Numbered from the stretch's first letter, positions 11,957-25,172 are shown. The stretch: DNA of 64,000 nt from Chiloscyllium plagiosum (GCF_004010195.1 NC_057718.1:42794523-42858522); one strand, 5' to 3'. Notes: generated by a model from the sequence alone, not told the origin. A program made the numbers and translations.

Positions 11957-14751
11957 TCCACCCAATAACATCCTGGGTGAGAAGGTCATGGTCATCCTTC
12001 CTGCATTGCCACCTATTGAGACCCTGACCATGGGTGTGCACAGCAAGTAAACCAGTGCAAGCTGTATGTTGTCTCCCAAAAGGGACAGAGGTGTATCTGC
12101 CTTTCAAAATCCAGCAGTGCTCAATGAATGGACCTAGCATTGGAAAGGTAGGAGGCCCCACGGAGAGCCAATCCTACCTTCACTTGCTACTGACCCTTGC
12201 CAACTCTCCTTCACTACCTACTCCACAAATCACTTTGCACAACCCTGAAGGTTATCATTCTGGCAGCAGATACATCTCCCCAATAACACTGTTGGCCTCT
12301 GGTTAACCAACAGCTCTCAGTAGTGGGACCTCCAGTCTTGGGCTCCTGATTCTGTCAAAAGGGCCACTGCTAGTCTTTTACCTGACTGATTTACTCAGTT
12401 TTGAAGAGCCTTCCCCAGAGGAGGTGATAGAGTTGAAAGTGAGATCACTGTCACCTCCCCAAGTTTTGGCCCAATGAGATCAGTTGAGGCACCCGAGATA
12501 ACTTATCACAGCATATGCTTAAAATTTGCTAATTATGTAACTTATTATCACACCTAATAATACATTTACTACATGATAATTCTGCTAGTTCTTTATAAAT
12601 AGTCCAATGAGAGGCTTCTCACAATTAGGTCTAAAATGCAGCTATAATTGTAGATTATCTTTAACGTTAATTTTCTTTTTCAATAAAAAAAAGCCTTCCA
12701 AACAATGAAGCTACAACAGTTAGGAAGCAGACTGATGGGTTGCAGATTGCCAAAGCATTAAATTATGGTAAAGAGGAAATGTTTGTCTGAACATTCTTGC
12801 ATATAACTTCAAATGCAGTGTAATCTTTTTGGAGCTGATTCATGATGCAGAATTAAGATTTATTTTGTGCACTGATGCTAATCAATATTAGACCTGGTAA
12901 ATGGACACACAAACTTGCACTGTCATAAACAGCCTCAAAACTGGCCCACGAGTCTTGACGAAATTTATTATATCAACTATGTGTAACAGCATTACAACTC
13001 AAAAATGTCTTCACATTAAGCACGATCAGTTGATGGAAAGAGGTTTCCAGATAGAATACAATTCCAGATAGGGAAAACCCAGGGAATAATGTAAGAGCAG
13101 TTGGATGCCATGATAGCAAGACTGCAGTCTTCTTGATGAATGAGTTAAGGTAGGTTAAATTGCCTTTATCATTGTTATCTCATGATCTTTTCAATTGGTT
13201 AGTCTGTTTATAAAATGAAAATAGTAATCTTATATTTTATTGTTTATTTGGTTTTCTATTCTAAAAATGTTTCATCTTTGAAGGATAGTGACTGAGGAAG
13301 ATTGGTTTGAATCCAATTTCAGAGTTGAGTATTGAATGAAACAGCTCCTTCAATGTTCAGCCATAAATTCACAATAACATTGCTTAGAAATGCACCAGCA
13401 TGAGCCCACCTCCTGAAGAGGGACAGTGAATAATATCATAAATTTGAAATAAATCTCCACAAATCAACAATAAGGTGCATATGTACATCAATACATGTGG
13501 ATCAATACTTTATGGAAACTGTCCATGTTTTCTTTAAAATCAGGTAATAAAAAGAGATTTCACAATGCTTTTACTGTGGTTTTAGACTAATTTTGCAGTG
13601 AGACATTTCATCCTTCTATTCTACCTTGGATAGTAATGGACATCCAAATTTCCAGAAACTTAGTTCAAATGTTATTGATGTGCTGTGAATAGGCAGCTTC
13701 ATTCAGAAACTGTATTGAGTACTTCCTGTCCTGTTACAGTGTGGATTAGATTAGTTAAGAATATATTTTAGGTGACACCAAAGTCCCAGGAAATGATGTT
13801 TTCAGTGATTCACACCACACTATCATTTGCAGGAACTTTTGATCTCCCTTTGTATTCTTTCCTCCTATCATTAAAGTGAAACAATTAATTCCATAACCAT
13901 GGATGCTCACATGCACACAAACATACAAAACACTCCTCCCCCACTCCACCTTTAAAGTTGATTGTGAGTTTTCCAGATCAGTGCTGCTTCAATCACAGCT
14001 GCCACCTTGTACTACTGTTAAAGAATGGCTTTGGTGGGCTTTCTAATTTAAACATCTATTGCCATTTTATCTCCCATTATTTTCATTCCGCTGTGAGCAT
14101 AACTGTGAGGGTATTTATTGATTAGTGTGCAATGTTATACTATAATTCATAAAGATCTGTAGGAAAAGGAATTCCTTCAAATGATAAGGATCATTTACTT
14201 TTTTGTGTGCTTAGTATTGGGCAAATGCTTTACAAGCATGGTACTGAAGGCATTTTTTTTTACCAAGAATCAGCAGTCACTTTTAGGTTTATTTATACTT
14301 TTACATAGCTCCGTTAGGAAAACCATTGGATTCACTTTCTGCTCATTAATGCAAATTTTAATCAGTTCCTCATAAAGTTTTAGCTTAAATTTGCTTTTGA
14401 AGATTTTCAGGAATGCAATGGGGTAAGTTTTTGTCTCACCGTTATGGCATATTCCTCCAGCTAAATAGTCTGCTCCTTTCTTCTTTTTTGGCAGAAAATC
14501 CTGAAAATGGAAGTGAATCTGAAGAGTAGATCCCAGATTTTTTTCAAGCCCAGCCATTCATCAGTCTTGGAACCCAATAAAATCAGTAGAGAATTTACAT
14601 TCAGTGGCTTGTTACAATTATGACATTGTACTCACTTTGAAGAGGTACATTCATGAAGATTTGAAACAAGGGCTAGACAATTTTACTTACTTGTGTTAGA
14701 AGGAAGCGCTCCAAAAAATAAACATTCTCTGTGAAAGTCAACTCTGGGGTT

Positions 14752-14951
14752 ATGATTTGGAGATGCCGGTGTTGGACTGGGATGTACAAAGTTAAAAATC
14801 ATAGGTTATAGTCCAACTGGTTTAATTGGAAGCACACTAGCTTTTGGAGCACTGCTCCTTCATCCCCTTGATGAAGGAGTGGCTCTTCACAAGCTAGTGT
14901 GCTGCCAATTAAATCTTTTGGACTATAACCTGGTGTTGTGTGATTTTTAAT
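14752..14951. mobile_element. Fold-back Penelope-derived mini-element (family B), older copy
   Basis: Same sequence as 2096-2308 in the opposite orientation, with diverged arms and two decayed hammerhead motifs (about 14837-14864 minus, 14869-14897 plus). 9-bp TSD TCTGGGGTT at 14743-14751 and 14952-14960. Confidence 0.85.
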
Positions 14952-15934
14952 TCTGGGGTTGAGATACTGGGTTTTATGAAGGGAAAGAAAACAAAAAGTC
15001 AACAGTTGAGAGTTCAGAATTACTTTGGATTGGGTCCAGTAAATTAGGAATAATAATATTAAGTATATATGTGAAACATGTTTTTTAGTTGTGTTAAAAA
15101 TAGAAGAGGAAAATTTTGCTATGTAATTTTAAAATATGCCTACAAAAAATAGTGTTTAGTCAATTGTGATTTTCATCTGTTTGTTACAGTGAAAGTCTTA
15201 AAATCTTAATTGTTTTTGTGTCTTCCTTTCAACTATCAACTGGAAATTGAATTGTCTTTTTAAAGATTAACACAGTCTCGACGGAGATCATAAATGGGTT
15301 TAGCATTATCTGCCTCAGCATTCACTGTCCTTAGCTGTGTGTTCTGTAGCACTGACCATTCAATGCAGCATAAATAAACTCAATGAAGTAGGAAATGCCA
15401 CTTGGCCCAGCAAGTCCATTTATTTTGCAATCTATCCCATTACAGTTTCTAAATCATCATTTAATTTCCTCTGAGAAATATCTGATTGTCAAGGCAAATG
15501 AACTGAACTGCAGATGATCTGGCTATCCCAACAAATCTACTATTTAATCTGTTCTTGCTTTGAATCTGTTCTACACATCTTCTGTTCCCTGAAAGACAAA
15601 CTCTCCGAGGGTATATGGTATGATTTAGTGGTCTCAACACAGCGCTTCATGTGATAGCAGAATATATCAAGAATTGGGGCAGGGAGGTGAATGTGTTATT
15701 TTCCATGCACCATAGATATATGCTCCCATTAGGCAAGGTGAAAGTCTATCAATACTAAATAGTAAAATTTATCCCTAATCTCATTCAAGGCTTGTTAATT
15801 TTAAACCTCCCCCAGGATTTGCTTCCTACTCTCCCAGTGAAAAGTTTAGTGCCTGCTTTTTTATTGCTGTTGTCAAATCTTTGCTCAGGTTTCAACAATG
15901 TTAGCACAGGTGACTGCTTTTAGAAAAAATGATC

Positions 15935-16270
15935 GTGTAGGATACTTCATGCTGTGCATTCACCTTTTCAGATCAGGTTCAAATCCAGCACAGCCTTTCT
16001 GGATGAAAGGCTTTTCCATCAGCTGGCACTAATGAATCCAAACGAAAATAAATATGGTCAATTTTATCCTAGTTCTTAGTAAGTGTAGACCTCCAGTACA
16101 AAATAGCCCCATTATTAAAATGGGAAAACTTACTCAGAAAAATCATTGGAGGTAGTTATGGGGAACAGAAAGATTCATGCTGGTGTGGTAGAGGACCAAT
16201 CTTCTGAGGTTGGTGCTAATGTCCACTGTGAGATGATAGCTTTACTCTGAATCTGGCTTTACTTTACTGA
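15935..16270 (+). mobile_element. Ancient tRNA-derived SINE resembling LF-SINE
   Basis: B-box GGTTCAAATCC and colinear blocks TTCACCT, GAAAG...CCATC, CCTAGTTCTTAGT...CCAGTACAAAA, AGCTTTACTCTG, resembling the LF-SINE consensus as I recall it. Confidence 0.5.
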
Positions 16271-18756
16271 CTCAGAAATATTTAATTTTTCTGTATGAAA
16301 TAGGAAAATGTTCAAATCACCCCATTAACTCACACACACATCCCTTGCATATGTCCCTTTCTATGTTGTGCAGAATGCAACATACTGCCATTATTCTACA
16401 GAGGTTACCCCTCAGCGCACATAGAATTAACAAGTTTGACGTTCCTATCCAACTCAGCAAATTAAATCACAGAATATACTGCATTTAATTTTCATTCCCA
16501 TGTTTCACCCATATACACCCTCGAGTGACTTAAGCACAAAGAAACTTGACAATTTGACTTGAGCTGTGACCAGCTGATAGAATCAGAGAAAGGCAGCCTA
16601 CCACACATTCGCTGGTTCTGTCCTTCAACTGGCTCCATATACTCTAATTCATTTTTCCTACTCCCTTTAATATTCATCTTCTTCAAATACATATACAATC
16701 CCTTTTCAATTCATACAATACTTTCTCTCCAATACCCATTTGTGGCAACATTTTTTTTGCTGAAAATGTAGACACTAAAAATTGCTGAATTCCATCTCCC
16801 CCACCATCGTTCTTCTCCTTAGTCTACTACCCCTGAATACTGAGTCACACAATTTAGCACTTTTTACCATTTCAAAACCTTCCGTAATTCTTAAACCTTT
16901 GTTAGATTTCACTCTGAAGCTGTTCTAATCTGGTGTAGAAGGTAAGTTATCAAGCCATTCTTTAAGAATAGAATTTCTCATTTCAGGTATTCTTCAAATG
17001 AAACTTTGCTGTATCCTCTCCATTGTTTCAGCGTATTTCCTATAATAGGGTGCCCAAAGCAGCAAGGAGGCAATCAGACTCTGAAATGACCAATATTTTG
17101 CTCCTTCCTTTACATCCAATGACTCAAAGTTACTTTTGTCTTTCATATAACATTTCTAATCTATGGATCTCTTGTACAGAACTCCCTCTTCTTGGATCAT
17201 TAAGACTTTTAAAATTTAATCTAATTAGCAACTTTGTCAAATATAAGCCACTCAATTATTTGTACTAATTTGCTATGCAATATCGCTATATATTTTCTTA
17301 ACTGAACAGTCTTCCTCATAATTTGTTTTTGCCTATTAATTTATTAGAATCAGTAATCTGGGTATCATTTGTCCTTTATTTGCAAAGGCCAGCAGCAGTC
17401 TGGAAGATTGGGAGACTTTTAGAGATCAAAGTTCCCAAAAATGTATTATAAAGAACAAAAATAAATAATGAAAGAAAACTAGCACAAAATATTAAAAATG
17501 TATAGTAAAAGCACCCATAAGTATGTAAAAGTAACGAGAATAGCTGAAGGGAATGTTGGCTCTTGGAGGATGAGACTAGGAAATAATAGTGGAGACATTA
17601 AATCAATATTTTTAACAGTGGGAGACAGTAGTACCATCCCAGTATAAACAGGTGATGTAGAGGTTTTAGAAAGAGAGGAATTTACATCAATCATCATTAC
17701 TAGGGAAGAAGTAGTGAACAAGCTATTGGGATTGAAGGCAGACAAGTCCACAGGGTCGGATGGCCTATTTCCTAGAGTCTGAAAAGATGTGGCAACATAG
17801 ATGGTAGATCCATTGGTTATAATGTACCAAAATATTCTTGATACGGGATAAGTATGTGGATTGCTAAATAACTGATGTAATGTACTTATTCCAAAAGGGA
17901 GGAGGGCAGAAAGTAGGAAACTACAGAGCAGCTAGTTTAATCTGTCATTGGGAAATTTTTGGAATTCATTATTAGGTAAATAATAGCAGGACATTTGGAA
18001 ATTCAAAGTGCAATCCATCAGTAAGCCCATTTTTATGAAGGATAAATCACGTTGTTAGAGTGCTTGAAGATGTAACAAATAAAATGGATAATTGGGATCC
18101 AGTAGATGGAGTATATCTAGATCTCCAGAAAGCACTTGATAAGGTGCCACAAAAAAGTTAATATGTAAGATAAGACCAAATGGGGTTAGGGTTAATTTAT
18201 TAGTTTGGACAGGCAATTAACTAACCAACACAAAGTAGAGAGTAGGGATAAATGGGTCTTTTTCTTGTTGGCAAGGCTCAACTATTCAGAAAAGTTATAC
18301 AAGGATGTTGCCAGGGTTGTAGAGTTTGAGCTGGTGGGATAAGCTAAATAGGCTGGGGCTATTTTCCCAGGAGTGTCAGAGCTGATGGTGACCTTGATAT
18401 GGTTTATAAAATCATGAGGGGCATGGGTAGAGTAAATAGACAAGGTCCTTTCCCTGGAGTTGGGGAATCCAAATCGAGAGTGCATTGGCTTAGGGTGAGA
18501 GGGCTAAGTTTTAAAAGGGACCTAAGGTGCAACTTTTTCACGCAAATGGGTGGTGCATGTATGGAATGAGCTGCCAGATAAAATAGTGGAGGCTGATACA
18601 ATTACAACATTTAAAAGGTAACTGGATGGGTATATGAATAGGAAGGATTAGAGGAACATGGGCCAAGGGGGATTAGATTAGCGAGTTTTGAGAAGATTTA
18701 TAGCTCAGGTTGAGGTTCTGAATGTAGGTTTGCTCGCTGAGCTGGGAGGTTCATTT

Positions 18757-18796
18757 CCAGATGTTTTATCACCCTAATAGGTAACATCTTCAGTGG
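18757..18796 (-). ncRNA. Decayed hammerhead motif in the Penelope terminal repeat (family C)
   Basis: CCA-CUGAAGA-U-GUUACCU-AUU-AGGGUGAU-AAAA-CA-UC-UGG; stem I CCA/UGG; CpG-type changes from GAC-GAAA-CG-UC. Confidence 0.6.
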
Positions 18797-18919
18797 GCCT
18801 CAGGTGAAGCAGTGTACATGATTCCTGCTTTCTATTTATATGTTTGGATTTCTTTGGGTTGGTGATGTTATTTCCTGTGGTGATGTCATTTCCTGTTCTT
18901 TTTCTTAGGGGATGATAGA

Positions 18920-19637
18920 TGGGGTCTAACTCGATGTGTTTGTTGATAGAGTTCTGGTTAGAATACCAATGCTTCTAGGAATTCTCATGTGTTCTCTGTT
19001 TGGCTTGTCCTAAGATGTATTGTGTTGTCCCAGTCAAAGTGATGTCCTTCCTTATCTGTATGTAAGGATACTAGTGAGAGAGGGTCATGTCGTTTTGTGG
19101 CTAGTTGGTGGTCATGTATCCTGGTGGCTAGTTTTCTGCCTGTTTGTCCAACGTAGTTTTCGTTACAGTTCTTGCACGGTATTTTGTAAATGACATTAGT
19201 TTTGCTTGTTGCCTGTATAGGGTCTTTCAGGTTCATTAGCTGCTGTTTTAGTGTGTTGGTGGGTTTGTGGGCTACCACAATGCCAAAGGGTCTGAGTAGT
19301 CTGACAGTCATTTTGAAGATGTCTTTGATGTAGGGGAGAGTGGCTAGGGTTTCTGGACGTGTTTGTCTGCTTGTTTGGGTTTGTTGCTGAGAAATCGGCG
19401 GACTGTGTTCACTGGGTACCCATTCTTTTTGAATACACAGTATAGGTGATTTTCCTCTGCTCTGCATAGTTCCTCTGTGCTGCAGTGTGTGTTGGTTTGT
19501 TGAAATAATGTTCTGATGCAGCTTTGTTTTTGGACGTTGAGATGATTGCTTTTGTAGTTCAATATTTGGTCTGTACGTGTTGTTTTCCTGTAGACACTGG
19601 TTTGAAATTGCCCCCTTGACTGTCCGCTCTACTGTGA
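18920..19637 (-). pseudogene. Penelope-like RT C-terminal region and GIY-YIG endonuclease, frameshifted
   Basis: NYKSNH...SCIRTLF...FKKNGYP (ORF 19344-19562), then LPYIKD...NVIYKIPCKNCNENYVGQTGRKLATRIHDH...HHFDWDNT (ORF 18985-19716). Confidence 0.92.
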
Positions 19638-19759
19638 CTATCACCCCCTGAGAAAAAGAACGGGAAATGACATCATCACAGGAAATGACATCACCAACCC
19701 AAAGAAACCCAAACATATAAATAGAAAGCAGGAATCATGTACACTGCTTTGCCTGTGTC

Positions 19760-19799
19760 CCACTGAAGATATAACCTAGTAGGGCGACAAAACATCTGG
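19760..19799 (+). ncRNA. Decayed hammerhead motif in the inverted Penelope terminal repeat (family C)
   Basis: CCA-CUGAAGA-UAUAACCUAGUAGGGCGAC-AAAA-CA-UC-UGG. Confidence 0.55.
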
Positions 19800-20964
19800 A
19801 AATGAACCTCTCAGCTCAGCGAGCAAACCTACATCCAGGGATTAGATTAGGTTAGGATTATCTGGTCAGCATGGACAAGTTGGACCAAAGGGTCTGTTTT
19901 GGTGCTGTACATCTCTGTGACTCTACTTGGTGCCACAGGGTTCAGTTCTCATGTCGCAACTATTTATAATCTATGTTAAGGACTTTGATGCAGGGATAGA
20001 AGGTACTCTAACCACATTTGCAGATAACATTAAATTAAGTTGGAAAGTAAGTTGGAATAAAGAAAGAAGAAATGTAGACGTGGATATGAATAGGGGAAAG
20101 TTTGGCAGAGGGAGTTTAATATGGATAAGTGTGAGGTTATCCATTTTGATTGTAAGAATAGAAAGACAACTTTTTATCTAAATGGAGAAAAACTTTAGAA
20201 TACGTTGGTGTCGAAGATATGGGTATCCTTCTGCATGAATCACAGAAGACTAGTCCATAGGTGCAGCAGGTAATAAGGAGTGCAAATGGAATGTTGACAT
20301 TGATTGAAAAAGGAATACAGTATAAGGGTAGAGAAGTGTTGCTGCAGCTGAATAAGGCATTTGTGAGACTGCATCTGGAGTATTGGGTATAACTTTGTCT
20401 TTTATGCTTGAGGAGGGATGTAGTTGCACTGAATGCAGTCAGAGGAGTTTTACTAAATTGATTCCAGAGATGAGAGTTTGTCTTATGAAGAGAGATTGAG
20501 GAGTTAGGTCTTTATTCTCTCAAGTTTTGAAGAATGAGAGGAGATTTATTGGGGGTATATAAGAGGTAGATGTGGAGAAGAAGCTTCTTCTTGTGGGTAG
20601 CCTGGGCACAGAGGTCACAGTTTTAGAATAAGGATAGCAGATTTAAAACGGAAAGGAGGAGAAATTGATTTTCTGAAAGGATTGTGCATCCATGGAATTT
20701 ATTGACCTCAGAGTGTAAGTAAATTTAAGAAGCAATAGACTGATAGTTAGTAATGCGTCTAAGGGTTATGGAGACCGAACAGGAAAATGGAGTTGAGGCT
20801 AAAATTAAGTCAAACATAATCATATTGAATGGTGGAGTAGGCTCGAGAGATTGAATTGGATACTTCTGCCCCTATTTGTTACGTTATGTTGTAATATTAT
20901 AAGTACACAAATTTTAAGAAGTTCAGGGCACACCAATTTAAGTCCCCTTGCCATTTCTAATAAG

Positions 20965-21170
20965 TTAGTTAGCTAGCTCAATTGGTTGGCCAAGTGATTT
21001 GTACTCCAGGGTGACAACAGTTCAGTTCCTACATCAGCTGATGTTACCATGAAGAGCTTTCTTTGCCTGAAATGTGGCAGCCCTCATGTTAAAACACCAG
21101 CAGTCATTTCTCTTTCTAATGAGAGAGCTGCCTCTGGACTGGTATGACTATGGTGACTTTATCTTTACTT
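20965..21170 (+). mobile_element. Decayed short tRNA-like SINE
   Basis: A-box-like TAGCTCAATTGG, GTTCAGTTCC, and tail GACTATGGTGACTTTATCTTTACTTT. Confidence 0.5.
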
Positions 21171-23664
21171 TTTATCCCAATATTGCCTTAATTTTTCTAC
21201 CAAATATCTCATCATCAAATAATTTCTGAAAATTCACATATGCAACAACTACCATTTTCCCTTTACCTACATACTTCCAATTTTTTTTTTCAATTAAGTG
21301 TTCTAACTTGTCTATGGACTTCAGATGGGTGTTTTTATAAGCTTGTATGGCATTTGCTTGTGTGCATCTGTTATTTTACAACTAACTGTGTACCTGAATC
21401 TTTGATGTCTTGACAGTGAAGACGTTTCCAAAAGAGTTTACCAACAAATGAAGTGAAACTAAACATTTAGGGAAGAACTGTATTTGAATTTCCATTCTGG
21501 ATTATGTTTCATATCTTTATTGTTGATTTCACCATATTTTTCACATCGGGACTCAGCAACTCAAAAAGGTTGCCAATGGCTTTGTGGAAAGCACCTTAAC
21601 ATTTGTTATATTGCACCCATGAACTTTACACCTTGTAAGCAACATCTATTTAGTCTATACCTGTACTAGGTTCTAATGCAGTTCTTAGAGGTAATAAGAC
21701 TAAGGACAGTGAGATAACGTTCTTGTCCCAACAGGCTCAATTGATTCCCAATTCTTACTGAAGGTTGAATTAAAACCGACAAGCCTCTGAATACAAGTCA
21801 TTTGTGTTCCAAGTAGTGCCACAAGGCTCCCCTACACTAAAAAAAACTGTTTAATGCAGCAAAGGCAGGTTTTGCTGGGCTTCAAATGATAATGTGAGTT
21901 ATTCTATGTGATACAGCTGCTATCTTCTTTGACAATCTGCTCAAAGTACCCTTCGCCTCATGACAAGGTTGGAATATGTAAAAGAGAAGGGTCTGCAGAT
22001 TTGATTCCTGATTATTTTAAAAAGTATCCCATCTCCGCCTAATTAAATTAATACCATCCCTTTAAATACAGCTTTTCTAGCTTTTATAGCTAAGGCTTTA
22101 TGTTTTAAAATGTTTTAATTAGCACAGAGACAATTTACAACGAGAATGCCTCTGGTTTGTGTCTTAACAATACACTTGCTTCCTCATTTGTATTCTAGAC
22201 ATTATTGTTGGAGGTAAGTCATCCGATTTATCATTTAGAGAAAGCACATGTTCAAAAAGTCAGCACTGGATATTAAATGATGATTGTCTGCAATGTATTT
22301 TCTTCCTAACACCCACAATGACAATTTCACCTTATTCTTCATTCCATTTAAGTTTAAGTGAGAGGTCTTTAACATACTAAAATGAGATTCAGTGCATTGT
22401 CTAGCAGAACATCACGTTTCACAGGCTTCATTTAGTCAATTACAGAGGGAACAATAAAGTTTATCAACCTGCAGAAGCATCATATCACACAATTTATTAC
22501 AAAAATAAAAATGAAGTTATGCATTTCAAAGGGCCCCAAGATAATTTCTACATTTACTAACCAGCTGCTATTAAATCTAAATATTTACTAGCCAGCCAGG
22601 CTTTTTGAATTCTATGCCAAAATTAAGCCTTCTTTGATTCAACATGTGCAATTATTAAAATTCTGATATATTTTCTCATTCCACACAATTAATATAAACT
22701 GGAAATAATTTATGGTATTAATAACTAGATTAGCTCCTTTTTCATTTAACATTCAATAATAAAAGAGAATCCTGTTGGCTTGTTGATAATTCATGAGCAT
22801 TTTTTGACCAGCATACATGAAGTACATCAAGACCACTGAGTGTGAGTGAAAGATGCATGGAGCCACAATGGTAACATGAGGTAAGGTAAGTGACATATTA
22901 ATGATAGGTCATTTAAAGATGAATGTGTGAGGACAGAGTTTGCTATATAGAACCATAGAATTAAATGAAGGTTTTAAAAGACTTTTTTTCATATTTGTCC
23001 ATGGGTTGTAGACATCAATGGATAGGCTTTTGGTTATTCCCAACCCTAATTGTTTAAATGGTAATTAAGAGTCAACCATACTGCAGTGGATCTGGAGTCA
23101 TACGTAGGCCAGACCAGACAGGGATGCTTGATTTCCTTCCTTAGTTCAAGTAATGGTATCTGCCACCTCCACCCAACCTGACCTGCATTTAATTTTTCTC
23201 ATTATTACGCAATTGAGCATATTTATACAATAACTGCTATAAAACAGAGGGAGATATATATATGGTGGATCTGTCTGAAATACAGTAATTGAGACATCAT
23301 ATCAGATCAAGACTTAGGAAATTACAGCTCATTTGACCATCAAAATCTTCTTCTGCAAATCTGAAGATTTTAGCCAAACTGTGAGATCTGTACCACAGAT
23401 TAGTCAATCAACAGACCAAAATAATTGTGACAAATTTGTAACATTAGACCAATACCATGTACTTCTAAGACCTCATCTTTCAAGCATTTATCTGTAAGAG
23501 GATGTTGGCAGCTTCTTCTATTCCTTGGATTCCTAGGACTTGGCCTAACTTCCTCCCGAGTTATGAAAGATGGGAAAGAGGATACAATCTCAAAAACCAT
23601 TATTTCACTTCCAAATTGCCTATAGTATTAACCACGGCAATTCAGACTAACAATAACACTATAG

Positions 23665-24400
23665 CTATACGAAAGAGAATGTGCATTTATGGAGTATTTT
23701 CCATTGCCACAGGATGCCCCAATTGTTGCACAGCGAACAAAGTGCACTCACTCTTGTGATGTAGGAAATGTGACAGCCAATGTGCACACAGTGATTCACC
23801 AAAATCCACCAAAGATCCTTAGACAGCACCTTCCAAACTGACTTCTATCTAGAAAGATGAGGGTAGCAGATACATAGAACGCCACAACCTGCAAGTTCGC
23901 CTCCAAGCCACTCACCATCCTGACTTGGAAATAAACTGCTGTTTCTTCAAGTTGCTGTGCCAAAATCCTGGAATCCCCTCCCTTAAGGCCATCATGTGTG
24001 GACTACAGCAGCTCAAGAAGGCAGATCACCACCATCTTCTCAAGGACAACTAGAGACGGGCAATAAGTGCTGGCCAGACAGCATCACCTATGTGCCATGA
24101 GTGAATTGAAAAACAATATCTCCCCCAAATAATTTCAAGTGATCAGGTTAGCTATTCCTTTGTGACCTTAACTTAAAGATAAACTTTTTTTCAGTGTATC
24201 AGAGAGAACTCTATTATTACTCTTCAAGATAGTGCTATGGGATTTTTAATGTCCCTCTGAGAAGTCTGATGGGACCTTGGTTTAAGGTCTCATCTGCAAG
24301 ACAACACCTTCAACAGTATTGTAGTGCCTCAGTACTTCTCTGGATTGACAGCTTAGATTTTGATCTCAAGCAAGAACATGCCTACTTAAAATGCATAAGT
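23665..24400 (-). mobile_element. Deu-domain (SacSINE1/AmnSINE-like) SINE interrupted by a LINE 3' fragment
   Basis: CTCTTCAAGATAGTGCTATGGGATTTTTAATGTCC...GGTTTAAGGTCTCATCTGCAAGAC...CCTCAGTACT matches the reverse strand of the Deu core as recalled. Confidence 0.6.
23800..24110 (+). mobile_element. LINE 3' end (same family as 3600-5270)
   Basis: GACAGCACCTTCCAAA...CTCACCATCCTGACTTGGAAAT...CTCAAGAAGGCAG...GGGCAATAAGTGCTGGCC. Confidence 0.8.
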
Positions 24401-24427
24401 CATAAGTTGACACTATATTTGCCACTA

Positions 24428-25172
24428 GGAGAAACTGAGGACTGCAGATGCTGAAGATCAGAGTCAAAGGGTTTGGTGCAGGAAAAGCACATCAGGTCAG
24501 GCAGCATCTGAGGAGCAGGAGAATCGACATTTCGAGCACAAGCTCTTCATCAGAAAAGAGGGGGTGGCCCAAGGGGGCAGAGAGATAGATGGGAGTGGGG
24601 TGGGACTGGGGAGTGAAGGCAGCTGGGAATGTGATAGGTAGACAAAGGTGAAGGTGATGGTGATAGGTTGGAGAGGAGGGTGGAGTGGATAGGTGGGAAG
24701 GAAGATGGACTATTATGACAGTTCAAGAATGCAGTGCCGGGCTGGAAGGTTGCATCTGGGATAAGGTTGGGGTGGGGGAGGCGAAACGGGGAAACTGGTG
24801 AATTCCATATTACTCAGGATCGAGGTGGATTTCACCATCGATGCCGAGTAATGTGAATTTCACCAGTTTCCTCATTTCCCCTCCCCCCACCTTAACCCAG
24901 ATCCAACCTTCCAACTTGGCACCGTCCTCTTGAACTGCCCATCTTCCTTCCCATCTATCCGCTCCACCCTCCTCTTCAACATATCACCTTCACCCCTACC
25001 TTCATCTACCTATTGCATTCCCTGCTACCTTCCCCCACCCTCCTCCCATCTATCTCTCAGCCACGTTGAGCCACCCCTCATTCCTGATAAAGAGCCTATG
25101 TTCGAAACATCAACTCTCCTACTCCTCGGATGCTACCTGACCTGTTGTGCTTTTCCAGCACCACACTCTTCA
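24428..25172. mobile_element. Large fold-back Penelope-derived element (family A) with two opposing hammerhead motifs
   Basis: Imperfect inverted arms about 24455-24815 (G-rich) and 24845-25172 (C-rich). Ribozyme motifs at 24521-24556 (minus) and 25084-25112 (plus, CTGATAA and GAAACATC, decayed). Confidence 0.82.
24521..24556 (-). ncRNA. Minimal hammerhead motif, core nearly intact
   Basis: CUGAUGA-A-GAGC-UUGU-GCUC-GAAA-UG-UC-GAUUC. Stem II is GAGC/GCUC against GGGC/GCCC in other copies, a compensatory pair change. Confidence 0.68.

Larger units (their letters stand above)
18682..19837 (-). mobile_element. 5'-truncated Penelope-like retroelement with inverted terminal repeats
   Basis: 13-bp TSD GGGATTAGATTAG at 18669-18681 and 19838-19850. 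~200-bp inverted repeats 18719-18918 and 19638-19837. GIY-YIG coding region lies between them. Confidence 0.93.
18282..19925 (+). mobile_element. Younger 5'-truncated CR1 3' end, middle layer (18282-18681 and 19851-19925)
   Basis: CAAGGATGTTGCCAGGGTTG...AGGGTGAGAGGG...; ends GGGTCTGTTT...CTCTGTGACTCTA. Confidence 0.85.
17400..20890 (+). mobile_element. Old CR1 LINE ORF2, outer layer of a nested cluster (17400-18281 and 19926-20890)
   Basis: DKSTGSDG, YLDLQKALDKVP, then after the insertion VPQGSVL...FADNIKL and a CR1 3' UTR. The halves join in register (GGCTCAACTA / ...GGTGCCACAGGG). Confidence 0.85.

Noticed and set aside
18985..19716. 243-aa ORF as an intact nuclease gene
   Set aside because: Its N-terminus comes from the inverted terminal repeat and an off-frame segment. 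Only the C-half is true GIY-YIG, and it ends in a frameshift.
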